The notes beneath the pieces were generated by a model. It did not search any database. It was not told where the DNA came from and worked only from the letters and a program-made list of their open reading frames with translations. A program made the translations under genes and the position numbers. DNA of 60,193 bases from Bugula neritina (lineage: Eukaryota; Animalia; Bryozoa), in NCBI GenBank assembly GCA_964035545.1, contig CAXIUT010000257.1, positions 1 to 60,193 on the forward strand, given 5' to 3'. Positions 1 to 10,000 of the stretch are shown here, in pieces. Position 1 is the stretch's first letter. Every line of letters begins with the position of its first letter.

Positions 1-2153
1 CCTGAGAATGCCTGCGCCAAACGAACGATCAGCGATATGAACTTTTGCCCCTGCCCGGGTGAACCGAAAGTGGAACACAGATCCCTCAGTGCGATTTCCA
101 GAAAATCTGCTTGCTCAGGATCAAGCGCAACGGTGTATGTCCAATTCAGGTTCTCCTCTAGACCCCGATCCCGAATGACCAAAGGGGCAAAACCGGTGGT
201 CGCTCTAAGTACGACCGCTTCGTCGATTTTGTCCAATCCGAATTCTTCACGCAACCGTTCAGACAGTTCGATCTGGGAGGCCGCCCGGTTGCGTAGATCA
301 TAGGCGTCGTTCTCGTTGCCCGCTGATTCAGCCCCGCCTCCTGTCGCGCGAATATCACGCACACTGCGCGTCACCGCGCCGGTTACAAAACGTAGCCCTG
401 CGCTGACGGCCGCGGGAGTTTTTTCTTTGAAGTCAACAAGATCAATTGTGAACACATCGTCTTCGGTAGGATTGCTCAGGAACGTACGCATTGTTTCACG
501 CGCCTGTTTTGCAAACGCCAGGCGGGCTGCGCGTGCGGCATCTGTCTCGTCACTTGTGACAATTGACAGCGGGATATATTTTGTGCGGACGGCGTTAAGT
601 TCGTCGCGGACTTTGTTCAGATCTAAACTGCTTCGAGAGCCATGGTCGGCAAGGTGAATGACAAAACGCGGTCCATCTTCAAACCATCCTTGATCTGTTT
701 CAAAACGTCGGGCTTGTTGCACCACGGCTTCAAGCGCCGCTTCCTCTCGCAAACCTACCTTATCGTTAAGTCCAGCATGGCTCGAGATAACCTCGAGCGG
801 CCCCGAAAGATCGACGCCTCGGTTAATTGACCGCGAAGGCATCAAGGTTTTGGTGTCAATTGGGTCATCCAGCCCAGTGGCAGACGCTTTTTTGAAATCG
901 CTGTAGGCATAAACCGCCATGCGCATATCCGGCAGTCGCAGCGCTTCGTTAAGCCGGTCCTCGCGATATTTATCAATAAAATCAGAGATGCCTTGCCGTA
1001 CCAGCGGCAGATAGGGCCTCATGCTTTCTGTCGTGTCAACAACCAACATAACGTTGATCCGCTGAAACTCGTTCAATCGTTTGGCCAGATCGGCCTGCGA
1101 GACAAGATCGCCAGCTGCATTCGATCCTGAGCGTCCTAAGAAAATTACCTCGTGATAGGCTGGATCCTCAGGGTCGGCGAAAATGTCGCTCAAAGGATCC
1201 ACTGTGCGTACAATGGGGTAAGACAAGAGTTGCCGGTTGCCGTGGACATATTCCTCAAGTTCTTCAGCAGGCAAACCGGGACGGATGTTTGGTGCCGGTG
1301 TTCCGTCGCGCCAATTTGTAATCAAATCTCCGAGTTCTGTGAAAAGATAACCTTTGCCTGCTGCGTCATAGAACAGCCCCAAACGTGTCGGCCAAATTTC
1401 GAGTCGATTGAGCGCGATCCAGCCGAATATTCCGCTCTCTCCGTCGCCAACCAAAACGACAGGGCCGCCGGATTCATCGATATCTATATCGTGAATTTCA
1501 AGAACAGAAAAAAACGTGCGATTAGGCAGCGCTTGCCCACCACGCGCCTCGGTCCGGAACACCACTTCGCCACGGCCCGCGGCTGCATCCGACCCCAAAA
1601 GGACCCCTTTGGCACGCAACCCCGACGGAATTCCATCACACTCTAGGTCTTTTTGGTCAGGCACAAGCGTGCTGAGTTTGGTGCAAAATGTTCCTAATGG
1701 CATCGCCCGCGCAGCCTCGCATATCGGGCGGGATTTTCGTGTAAAGGTATCCAGTTTCTCGCGGCGATGTTCATCCAAAAGCGCCTTCCGCGGGACCCAG
1801 CCGCATGATGACAGATCCTTGGTTGCCACAAAAACCCGTCGCTCACTTGAAGGACCCGTTTCGGCGTAGCAATTCACCTGCGCAAACGCGCCATTTACAG
1901 TTGCGGCCGACGTTCGACTGCCAGCCAACGGGAAAAGTGGTATGCCATCCCCGATCAGCCATTGGACACCGTTTGATTGTCCTTCTAGCGTTTTTGAAAC
2001 CTCTTTACAGTCAAGGGAATCGTCGAGCTGCAAAAGTTCTTTGGATATCCCTAGATCCCTATCTTGCGCTTGACTGTACGCAACATTCGCAAAGGCGCAG
2101 ACCGTGGTTACCGCTAATGCTGACCGCATAATAATGTTTGCAAATACAGGCAT
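1..2153 (-). CDS. 5' part of the secreted vWA-domain protein (complete copy at 54416..56974)
   Basis: Lies in the duplicated segment; the ORF runs off the window edge. Confidence 0.9.
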   Translation of the reverse strand, partial: MPVFANIIMRSALAVTTVCAFANVAYSQAQDRDLGISKELLQLDDSLDCKEVSKTLEGQSNGVQWLIGDGIPLFPLAGSRTSAATVNGAFAQVNCYAETGPSSERRVFVATKDLSSCGWVPRKALLDEHRREKLDTFTRKSRPICEAARAMPLGTFCTKLSTLVPDQKDLECDGIPSGLRAKGVLLGSDAAAGRGEVVFRTEARGGQALPNRTFFSVLEIHDIDIDESGGPVVLVGDGESGIFGWIALNRLEIWPTRLGLFYDAAGKGYLFTELGDLITNWRDGTPAPNIRPGLPAEELEEYVHGNRQLLSYPIVRTVDPLSDIFADPEDPAYHEVIFLGRSGSNAAGDLVSQADLAKRLNEFQRINVMLVVDTTESMRPYLPLVRQGISDFIDKYREDRLNEALRLPDMRMAVYAYSDFKKASATGLDDPIDTKTLMPSRSINRGVDLSGPLEVISSHAGLNDKVGLREEAALEAVVQQARRFETDQGWFEDGPRFVIHLADHGSRSSLDLNKVRDELNAVRTKYIPLSIVTSDETDAARAARLAFAKQARETMRTFLSNPTEDDVFTIDLVDFKEKTPAAVSAGLRFVTGAVTRSVRDIRATGGGAESAGNENDAYDLRNRAASQIELSERLREEFGLDKIDEAVVLRATTGFAPLVIRDRGLEENLNWTYTVALDPEQADFLEIALRDLCSTFGSPGQGQKFISLIVRLAQAFS

Positions 2154-4246
2154 CAGTTTACTCCAGATCCGGAAATAGTGTCTTTTATTATGAGAACCAA
2201 TTGGTCAGACAATGCCGTCGTGTAGCGCGCTGCTACATCGACACTATCGCGCCAAGGCTCTACGATGAAGGGATAAATTGTAACGTTGAGATCGCCGTTG
2301 TCGCAAGTATATGCCCCTCCTTCGCCCAATGCTGCTGGCGAAAATCCTCTGGGCTGCAAACGGCTTGTGTCTAATGGTTTGGTGCTTGGAATATGGCGCA
2401 TGATCGAGAAAACTTTGAACTGCACAGGGACACCTGGTCGCGTGTTAAGCCGGGCTACCGCATCTGTAAACAGTTCACCTTTGCATGGGTCAACCGTCTC
2501 ATCGCTTGTATCTGGCTGGACATAGCTCAGTAATGTAACGGTCAGCGCCGTCAAACCGTCTTCCGTTGCCTTATCTTGCAGCGGAGAAATCGCTTTCTCT
2601 AGCGCTTTCGCATCAAGTGCCATCCGAGAATTGATCAGCTTCGTGCGGAAACGGTTTACCTTTTTAAACGACCCTAGAATACGGTTTCGCAGCGCATCTG
2701 AGCCGAGTTCCAATGCCTTATTGAAAACTCCGCGCCCGGACACGTTTCCCATGGTGAGATTATCCAACGACCATGCCTGGGACCCGCTTGTTTTGGACAG
2801 GCGGAAGTGTGCTGCCTGTACCGCATCCACAGATTTGCGGGCTAAATCGGCGGCATCTAACGGATCGAGCCCTAGGCGTTCTTCAAGTTCTTTCCCATCA
2901 ATCAGAAAAACATGCGCTAAAGCTTCGCGCTTCGCATCGCCAACACCAAGCCCAATTTCCAAAGTCTTCTGAACCGGCAATGTCACCTCCTGGTCAGTGA
3001 AATCACAATTCTCGACAGGTGCCACATTAACAAGGGTTGCCCGAACTTGATTTTGGTTAATCAAAAAGGGTTGTTTGATCGCTGCACCAGTACGTAAACT
3101 ACCATCAGCTTGACGCCTAGGTTCCAATTCCAATTTTGCGGCTACCCCATCGGTATCGGTATAGTGCAAATCGAATCGGCAATTTCCGTAGTTAAGCACT
3201 GCTGGAATTTTGAGAAAAACCTGCTCAGGCATTTCAACCGCCGCGCCTTCCTTGATTACCCAAGTGCCATTGTTGGACACGTCAATTCGCGCTTTTAGTG
3301 CCGTAAGTTTAGCCATCTGCGATCCACTTTCGGTGCAATCTACGCGATCTTCAAAAACGTCGGCTCCAAGCGCCAAAAGAATGCAATCCAGACGATCTAT
3401 CCCAAGATCTTGTGCATCTTCTACGCGTCCGTCGTTGTATTTAATCTTTATGTTTGGTCCACTCCTCTGTGCAGAAACCTGTGCGGATGGGGCTTTTATC
3501 TCCACTTTTAGAATGGCTTTCTTCGTTTCTCTGGTCGGTGTCGGTACTGCAGCCTTTACGAAAGACTTCATGCTCTCACAATTAACGCCACCGCAAAGTA
3601 CAAAAATTGGCATGCCTTCCTTGACGCTGGCCAATTGAAAAAATTTCTTAATGTTCTCTGATATACCGTCGGCTTTGATGCTACGACTATGTCCAACATT
3701 CCCTTTTTTCAGTCCAAGATAACGAGGTTCAGACAGGTTTTGGCTATCAAGTTTCAGAAATAGATTTGTGCCGTCAGTTTCAACTTTTCCATTGAAAAAG
3801 GCCGATATATTGAAGTTTTTGGCAGCCCACTTTTTGGCTTTCGTTTCAGCGTCAGCGGCCGTTTCAAAAGTACGTACAAGCAAGACCGGTAAACGGGTGT
3901 TATTAAGAAAACGAAATTGGTCTGGGTTAGGATCTTTGTTGGCAACAAGCTCTACAACAATCAGTTTACAACCTAATTTCACAGCGTTGCTATCACTGGG
4001 TGAATCTGTCAGCAAATATGGTTCAGTTCTAGAATCCAATATTTCTCTGACGCTCACGGGGTCGTTAGAAACTGTCCACCCAATTCGACTGAAAATCATT
4101 GCGCCAGATATCTCAGTACTCTCTAAGAAACCTGCAGAGGACAGTAAGCTTTGACAATCAAACTCATCCTGTGTTTGAGCGGTTAGCGGCCCCGACAAAG
4201 CAAACAATAATACTGTTCCAAAACTCTGAATCAATTGTTTAAGCAT
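2153..4246 (-). CDS. Secreted/periplasmic protein of unknown function, 697 aa (duplicate at 56974..59067)
   Basis: Signal peptide MLKQLIQSFGTVLLFALSGPLTA; GGAGG RBS; TGATG coupling to the vWA gene. Confidence 0.85.
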   Translation of the reverse strand: MLKQLIQSFGTVLLFALSGPLTAQTQDEFDCQSLLSSAGFLESTEISGAMIFSRIGWTVSNDPVSVREILDSRTEPYLLTDSPSDSNAVKLGCKLIVVELVANKDPNPDQFRFLNNTRLPVLLVRTFETAADAETKAKKWAAKNFNISAFFNGKVETDGTNLFLKLDSQNLSEPRYLGLKKGNVGHSRSIKADGISENIKKFFQLASVKEGMPIFVLCGGVNCESMKSFVKAAVPTPTRETKKAILKVEIKAPSAQVSAQRSGPNIKIKYNDGRVEDAQDLGIDRLDCILLALGADVFEDRVDCTESGSQMAKLTALKARIDVSNNGTWVIKEGAAVEMPEQVFLKIPAVLNYGNCRFDLHYTDTDGVAAKLELEPRRQADGSLRTGAAIKQPFLINQNQVRATLVNVAPVENCDFTDQEVTLPVQKTLEIGLGVGDAKREALAHVFLIDGKELEERLGLDPLDAADLARKSVDAVQAAHFRLSKTSGSQAWSLDNLTMGNVSGRGVFNKALELGSDALRNRILGSFKKVNRFRTKLINSRMALDAKALEKAISPLQDKATEDGLTALTVTLLSYVQPDTSDETVDPCKGELFTDAVARLNTRPGVPVQFKVFSIMRHIPSTKPLDTSRLQPRGFSPAALGEGGAYTCDNGDLNVTIYPFIVEPWRDSVDVAARYTTALSDQLVLIIKDTISGSGVN

Positions 4247-4258
4247 TAAACCGTCCTC

Positions 4259-5095
4259 CTATTCGAAAATGACAATATGCGCCGCATCGGAATTGTTGCG
4301 CGGAGCCAAGCGGATCATTTGGCCTGTACGATCACGAGCACAAAGATTTGGGACGTCATTTTCCCACACCCAGATCACGCGTCTAAGAGCTTTTTGACTT
4401 CCGTCCTGCGCGATCATCCAATCAAGACCCTGTTCACACTGCTTCACGCTTAACCGCGGGATTCCAACACGCAATGAATTGATGTTTTTGGCTGTGGTGA
4501 GAGATAGCCGCGCGTTATCCCCCAAATAGCTGAAACCTGGATCAGGAGAGATCTCGAACGCGGCCAACCGCGCTTCGAGCTGCACAACGCGGGTTTCAGC
4601 CTTGAGGCGCTTATCGAGCTCGACTCTCAATTCATCGGTCCGCGCTGTCAACTGGTTCGCAAGGCGATTGACTTCGGCGCTCATTTCGCTCGTTGCTTCA
4701 TTCTCTTTGGGGTCGTCACTAAAGGATGTGCAAGCTTCCAACCGATCATTCAAATTCAGATTCGAGCGACGGGCCTGCTGCCTGTCTTCTTTGCAAAATG
4801 TGATTTCTTCTTGCAGCAACTGTAACTGTGCGTCGTCAACACCGCAGCTATCTGCGGGTGGCTCCAAAGACGCCATTGACGAAAGCATCAAGACAAGTTG
4901 GGCCTTGTCTGACGTACAGGACGCGAGGGCCAGCTGCGTCGCTGTTTTGGAGTCCGTTGTATTTTCAGCAGTCCCAACGGCTGTGGGTTCGGTCATTTGT
5001 TGGTCGCTTGTCGGTTCTGTTTCTTGCGCAGCAATGAATGTGGTGAAATTCAATCCCAAAATTGTAGCGCAAACAATGCGTCCGAATTGTATCAT
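4259..5095 (-). CDS. Secreted coiled-coil protein (likely start 5095, MIQFGR...; duplicate at 59080..59916)
   Basis: AGGA RBS overlapping the ABC gene's end; signal peptide; heptad-rich segment EVNRLANQLTARTDELRVELDKRLKAETRVVQLEARL. Confidence 0.8.
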   Translation of the reverse strand: MIQFGRIVCATILGLNFTTFIAAQETEPTSDQQMTEPTAVGTAENTTDSKTATQLALASCTSDKAQLVLMLSSMASLEPPADSCGVDDAQLQLLQEEITFCKEDRQQARRSNLNLNDRLEACTSFSDDPKENEATSEMSAEVNRLANQLTARTDELRVELDKRLKAETRVVQLEARLAAFEISPDPGFSYLGDNARLSLTTAKNINSLRVGIPRLSVKQCEQGLDWMIAQDGSQKALRRVIWVWENDVPNLCARDRTGQMIRLAPRNNSDAAHIVIFE

Positions 5096-5099
5096 GGCG

Positions 5100-7463
5100 T
5101 TATTCCTGTAAATATTTCTTAAGCTGGTTGCGGGTTTGTCGCCACCAGATCGCAACGACCAATGCGGTAATAATAGCCGTCGCGGCCCCCAGCTTGACAA
5201 CAGATTGTGTAAAGCCCACTTCGGCATAGTCCCAAATTGACCCCAGATTAGGCGGTAGAGCAGGCATTAGGAAATACAAAGCGAGCGCGCCGTATCCGAC
5301 AAAGAAAACCAAAGCGAAGATAAAGGCGGGTATAAGATGGCAAAAAATGGCCCAAAAGATATCTAAAAAGCCTGCACCGTGGGCAATGAAAAGAGCGAGC
5401 ACGCGTTTGTTGAGTTCCAGAATATTGTTGATGACAAGGAACACGAGCATTGCGCATCCAAATAGGCTCATCCAGACAATGACGGGCGGCACACGGTGCG
5501 CCAATCGCGAGATATTCTGAAGCGTTTTGACCGCCGCTGCACTGTCATCGCGCACACGGTAATGACTGTCCTGAATCACATCACGCGCGTTTTCAAACCC
5601 ATCAATCGGGAAATAGGCGGTTGCGATATTAAACGGCCGCGGTGAGTAACCTGTTTGCAGCCCCGCCGCCCGTTGGAAATCATGTTCGAAAATGATGATC
5701 TCTGCTTGCGACGGATATAGCGGTGGGGGCAAAGCAATGGAGCCTCGGATTTCAAGTTCTATCGGTGCGGTGCGACCGCCCTGCCCCGCAGCCCATTGCA
5801 CAATGATTGGGCTGTCTATCGGATGGCCGCAACGCTCGATAAGCGTATCGACATAGAATTGGTCAAGCATGGCAATTCCAAGCGGGTTATCAAAATTGGT
5901 TTCATCCGCGCGCGCCTCGGAAATGATGACGTCTGGCACATCGGTAAGGCCCGCTTCGCCACTGGATTTGACAAGCTGCGTTTGGCGGACCAATGGATCG
6001 TGCGCGTTCAGTGCAACGGTTTGCAACGGCAGCCAACGATTGCAGCCCGCCTCTGGCGATCTGAAACGTATTGCTGAACCACTGACCGATCGTCTTCCAT
6101 AAACCGAGACGCGTTCTATTTCCTGCGCGGAGGTTCCTTTGGTCTTTAACGCGCTGGCTATTTTGTCGCGTATAGTAGGCACAGTGCTATCGCCATACAG
6201 CTGTTGAGGCGCGTCGTCGGCGTTTTCGTCGGCAGGCACAATGTATTCAAAGACAATGCGCGCCACTGACGGGTCCTGCAATTGGGCGTCACTATAGGAT
6301 TGCGCAAGACGGCCAAAACCTTCGACCGCAGCGATTTGCGCCAACAGAATGCACAGAACAAAACCAAAAGAATATCGGCTGTAACTGAGCAAGCGAAGCA
6401 GCCAAGACCGGACCCTGTTTTCCTTCACCGGCTTGCCAGTCACCAGCCCCAACGTCCGCAAAAGAGATCGGGGGGCAAGGTGTGGATGATTGGTTCGCTC
6501 TCCACGCGGAGACAGCCATTCCTCGTAAGACAAAGCGTTCGCGATCCAACCGGAAAATTGCCACCTGCCAGGTGCAATAACACGGTCTTCGGTCGGTTCC
6601 GCCGCAGCCTGCGTGGTGTTGTTTTTGGCGTGTGTGTTAATATCCTGGCTGATGTCCCGTAAAACGGTGAGCCGCTCTGCCCAGGTTTCGGTCCCGAATG
6701 GATCAAGATCCGACGCCTCGTCTTCTTCGTATTTAATGGCCAGAGCGAAATTTTGCGCTTCGGTCGGTTCTACGACGCGCCCGTCAGCGACGAAAACGAA
6801 ATGATTTGCAAAGCGCGCGGCATGTTCCAGATTATGCGTCACCCAAAGAACGGGCCGCCCAGTTTCATCCGACCATGCCTGCAGCGCTTCCATTGCATAT
6901 GTTGCCGTACGTTCATCTAGGCTGGATGTTGGCTCATCACACAGAATTGCGCGCGGGTTCATCGACAAGGCGCGCATAATCGCGATGCGCTGCGCTTGCC
7001 CGCCACTTAATTGATTGGCCTTCTTTCCGACCAAACTGTCTGACCCATCCTGTAGATCAAGTTTTTCCAAGGCGCGGCGTAACTTGGACAATCCGAGGGG
7101 TGGATTATCTGCATCTGGCACCCGCGAAACTTGACCCTGTAAAACATTCAACAGGCCACTGCCCACACCAAGGAGCATCGGGTTTTGGAAAACGAAAGAC
7201 ACCAGCCCCGGGGCAACACCTGAGTGCGAGATATCGCGGCCCTCGAATGTGAAATGACCACCATCTTTAATCTGTGGTGTCAAAAAGCCAGCAAGAATCG
7301 ACAGCAGCGTCGTCTTGCCCGATCCCGAGTGCCCAATAATGGCCGTCACACCTGTCGGATTAATGTCAAGGTTTTCGACGATAATCCCATGCACCCGCGT
7401 GCTATCGGTCTCTACTTTTTTGTTGTTGTAGAGATAGCAAACGTCTTTCAATGAATATGACAT
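5100..7463 (-). CDS. Fused ABC ATPase + FtsX/MacB-type permease (TagT/TagS- or MacB-like)
   Basis: Walker A GHSGSGKT, signature LSGGQ, Walker B ILCDEP, H-loop VTHN; then one TM, a large periplasmic loop and three C-terminal TMs. Confidence 0.9.
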   Translation of the reverse strand: MSYSLKDVCYLYNNKKVETDSTRVHGIIVENLDINPTGVTAIIGHSGSGKTTLLSILAGFLTPQIKDGGHFTFEGRDISHSGVAPGLVSFVFQNPMLLGVGSGLLNVLQGQVSRVPDADNPPLGLSKLRRALEKLDLQDGSDSLVGKKANQLSGGQAQRIAIMRALSMNPRAILCDEPTSSLDERTATYAMEALQAWSDETGRPVLWVTHNLEHAARFANHFVFVADGRVVEPTEAQNFALAIKYEEDEASDLDPFGTETWAERLTVLRDISQDINTHAKNNTTQAAAEPTEDRVIAPGRWQFSGWIANALSYEEWLSPRGERTNHPHLAPRSLLRTLGLVTGKPVKENRVRSWLLRLLSYSRYSFGFVLCILLAQIAAVEGFGRLAQSYSDAQLQDPSVARIVFEYIVPADENADDAPQQLYGDSTVPTIRDKIASALKTKGTSAQEIERVSVYGRRSVSGSAIRFRSPEAGCNRWLPLQTVALNAHDPLVRQTQLVKSSGEAGLTDVPDVIISEARADETNFDNPLGIAMLDQFYVDTLIERCGHPIDSPIIVQWAAGQGGRTAPIELEIRGSIALPPPLYPSQAEIIIFEHDFQRAAGLQTGYSPRPFNIATAYFPIDGFENARDVIQDSHYRVRDDSAAAVKTLQNISRLAHRVPPVIVWMSLFGCAMLVFLVINNILELNKRVLALFIAHGAGFLDIFWAIFCHLIPAFIFALVFFVGYGALALYFLMPALPPNLGSIWDYAEVGFTQSVVKLGAATAIITALVVAIWWRQTRNQLKKYLQE

Positions 7464-7464
7464 G

Positions 7465-7956
7465 CTACAAGTAACCCCTTCCCGATCTTACCAATATGAC
7501 AGCCAGCGCAACCGCAAGCAGCCCGGATACTATAAAAAGTGCACGCGACGTCGACGTTACCAGCCCGCCATGACCCATGAGCGGTACAATAAATCCGCTG
7601 AACCAAATGACGGCGAATACGATTGCGCGGTCACGCTGCAAGCCTACATTACGAGCAACAAACGCACCGCCTGCGGCCACAATAACCCATGCGATAATCG
7701 CAGACGTGAAATTTACGGAGAACGATATCCAGCCAACCGGAACAGGCCAACCGCTGATTAAATCAATCCCGAACGGCCCGATACTCACAGACACTGCGTA
7801 CCAAAGCAGCACCCATACCCCGATAGCGAGGCCAAGGCCCACGCTGGTTAATAGGGCCGTGCGTGGTCTTTTGCTCAGCAAAACTAAACCTGCGATCGCA
7901 AGTGCTGCCGCAAAAGGCGGGGCGAAGGAAATTGGATCACTCTGTTGGAGTATCAT
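7465..7956 (-). CDS. Small multi-pass membrane protein (about 5 TM)
   Basis: 163 aa, almost entirely hydrophobic; overlaps the upstream gene and abuts the ABC gene. Confidence 0.75.
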   Translation of the reverse strand: MILQQSDPISFAPPFAAALAIAGLVLLSKRPRTALLTSVGLGLAIGVWVLLWYAVSVSIGPFGIDLISGWPVPVGWISFSVNFTSAIIAWVIVAAGGAFVARNVGLQRDRAIVFAVIWFSGFIVPLMGHGGLVTSTSRALFIVSGLLAVALAVILVRSGRGYL

Positions 7957-8920
7957 TGAAGCGACCCTCCAGCAGTGAAAGCTCTGACATCATCGGCGCG
8001 GCGCAACTGACGTTTTTTTGGATTTTGGATAAGTCCGACATCGCCTGCGTGTGCACAGCTTTGTCGCCAACAACCACGGCCAAAAGCCCCAAGGCAAAAT
8101 GCCGCCAAGACGCCATTTCTGGGGAAATTTGGCGCACGACCTGCTCTGCCAAATCCCGATCAAGGGCGAAAGCCAAATGTCCAAGCATCAAAGGGCATGC
8201 GCCCGCCTCGGAGAGATCAAGGATCCGGTCGGAAAAGTCGCCAATGATCTTGGGGCACTGGCTGTTACCCTGCTCCCAAGGTTTGGCGCGCATCCACCCC
8301 AACACACGCCAGCTGAGAACCTGAAAACTTAATGGATCAGCCTTCTGCGCCTCGTCTAAGCGCAGCAACAGGTCACTGGACCATGCCTTTGACGACTGGT
8401 CGTTGGCTGTGACAATGGACCAAAAAAGCCGATCTGAACGCAGGCTATCCGGCACGTCTGATTGAGCCGCAAACTGGTCAATAAAGGCTCTCGCTTCAGC
8501 GTATTTTCCAAACTGGATTGCTGTTAAAATAAGTTGATTTTCAAGTACTTGTCTTTGATTTACAGACAGTTGCCCCGCGTCGAGCCCATCGTTCAGAAGA
8601 CCAATCGCAACCTCATAGTCACGCGCAAAACTGGCGAAAGATACTGCGCGCCGGACGTCTTCTGGCATGGGATTCAGCGTGATCTGCTCGCGCATTGTTG
8701 CAGTATCTCCAAAACGGACCAGAGACTGACTACAGCCCTTTTCGATCTGCGACTCTATCCGGCGTGTATCGACGATAGGCTGCGGCACGACAGTGACAAT
8801 GCGTGCCCATTCCAGATTGGTGCGCACCCATTGGGTTTGCGGTGCCGCAAGCTGGTCTGCCAACGTCACCGATCCAAGTCCCATTACCAGAGCCGTAGAA
8901 GTGATACGCGCAATCTTCAT
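7937..8920 (-). CDS. Secreted all-helical, TPR-like protein
   Basis: Signal peptide; TPR-like helices (DYEVAIGLLNDGL, GKYAEARAFIDQF, LDEAQKADP); ATGA overlap with the upstream gene. Confidence 0.7.
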   Translation of the reverse strand: MKIARITSTALVMGLGSVTLADQLAAPQTQWVRTNLEWARIVTVVPQPIVDTRRIESQIEKGCSQSLVRFGDTATMREQITLNPMPEDVRRAVSFASFARDYEVAIGLLNDGLDAGQLSVNQRQVLENQLILTAIQFGKYAEARAFIDQFAAQSDVPDSLRSDRLFWSIVTANDQSSKAWSSDLLLRLDEAQKADPLSFQVLSWRVLGWMRAKPWEQGNSQCPKIIGDFSDRILDLSEAGACPLMLGHLAFALDRDLAEQVVRQISPEMASWRHFALGLLAVVVGDKAVHTQAMSDLSKIQKNVSCAAPMMSELSLLEGRFNDTPTE

Positions 8921-9549
8921 CGGAAAACACTTTGCGAGGTGAAACTGCGGGGTGACAGGACAAGCACAAGTTTCAAAAGTTCGTCTGCTTTTGGGGCCTT
9001 GACCAAGGCATAGCGAAGCCGAATATCACAGGCCTGGCTTAGGCCCGACAAAGGCGCAAGATCGTCCACATCCGATACCAAAAAGACGGTTAGCTGAGAA
9101 CGCAATCCTTGGGGGCATTCGATGCCCCGCGCTAGATCCAACTTTGCCCGCACCCACGGCTCAGGCGGGGCCACTGGATCGACGTACAGCTGCAGGGATG
9201 ACGCATTTGGCACAGCTTTATAGCGCGAGCTGGTGGAAAAGATGGCATCACCGCTTGGGCCAGCGTAGGCCGCATCGGGTTCCTGAAGTCCTAAGGCAAC
9301 GGCCGACATATTAAGGACAGTCAACGCGCCACCCGTATAGATCGCGAAATCGCCACGCTCCCTGACGGCCTTCCAGCCCGAACTGTTCAGTTCTTGCGTC
9401 ATGTTCTGTTGCGCAATGGATTCAACATTTACGCGCGGTTCTTCGACAACGATGCTGAATTTTATGAATACGAATAAAACAAGGATCGAACAGAAAAAGG
9501 TAATCGCCAAATCGATCGATGCAGTGTCCAGATCGCTTTCATTTTCCAT
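8917..9549 (-). CDS. Single-TM MotB/ExbD/TolR-like protein #2 (likely start 9549)
   Basis: MENESDLDTASIDLAITFFCSILVLFVFIKF: Asp at the start of one TM helix, followed by a periplasmic domain; overlaps the stop of partner #1. Confidence 0.6.
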   Translation of the reverse strand: MENESDLDTASIDLAITFFCSILVLFVFIKFSIVVEEPRVNVESIAQQNMTQELNSSGWKAVRERGDFAIYTGGALTVLNMSAVALGLQEPDAAYAGPSGDAIFSTSSRYKAVPNASSLQLYVDPVAPPEPWVRAKLDLARGIECPQGLRSQLTVFLVSDVDDLAPLSGLSQACDIRLRYALVKAPKADELLKLVLVLSPRSFTSQSVFR

Positions 9550-10000
9550 CCGGCAACTCCATATTTGCCAAGGAAACGACATATACAGACCGCGACCCAG
9601 AATCGGCGCGCGGGATGTCATCAAGATTAGAGTTCCGCGTCGCCACAAGTTCCTTTGAAATAAACGTATAGCAACGCCCTGTAATCACGCCGCGCTCGTC
9701 GGGGACAACCGCCAAAAGGTAGTAGGGTTTTGCGCTCATGTCCATTCGATCGGGAAGGTTCGCCAGATCGCTTGCTTGCGCTACAGGCATGGCATCGGCG
9801 GCAATTCGATCTGCGGGCCAAACCAGCGCGTTTGTAATGACCTCATTGTCAGTTTGTGCGGGGCACGTCGCAAGGAAATCGGCCTGAAGCGGAATTGGCT
9901 GGGGTTCGAAAGGTTGAGACACCGCAAGGACCATCAACAAGGCCGCGGCCGCAGAAATGAATAGGTCCGTCATCGCCAAGCCAGCTGATTGACCGATCAT
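9539..10000 (-). CDS. Single-TM MotB/ExbD/TolR-like protein #1
   Basis: LAMTDLFISAAAALLMVLAV: TM helix with an Asp at the canonical position; ATGA-coupled to the MotA-like gene. Confidence 0.6.
   Translation of the reverse strand: MIGQSAGLAMTDLFISAAAALLMVLAVSQPFEPQPIPLQADFLATCPAQTDNEVITNALVWPADRIAADAMPVAQASDLANLPDRMDMSAKPYYLLAVVPDERGVITGRCYTFISKELVATRNSNLDDIPRADSGSRSVYVVSLANMELPDGK

Larger units (their letters stand above)
1..5372. repeat. 5,372-bp direct terminal repeat (copy 1); circular overlap
   Basis: ORFs recur with a constant offset of 54,821 (e.g. 37..303 = 54858..55124; 2153..4246 = 56974..59067) and identical translations. Confidence 0.97.
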
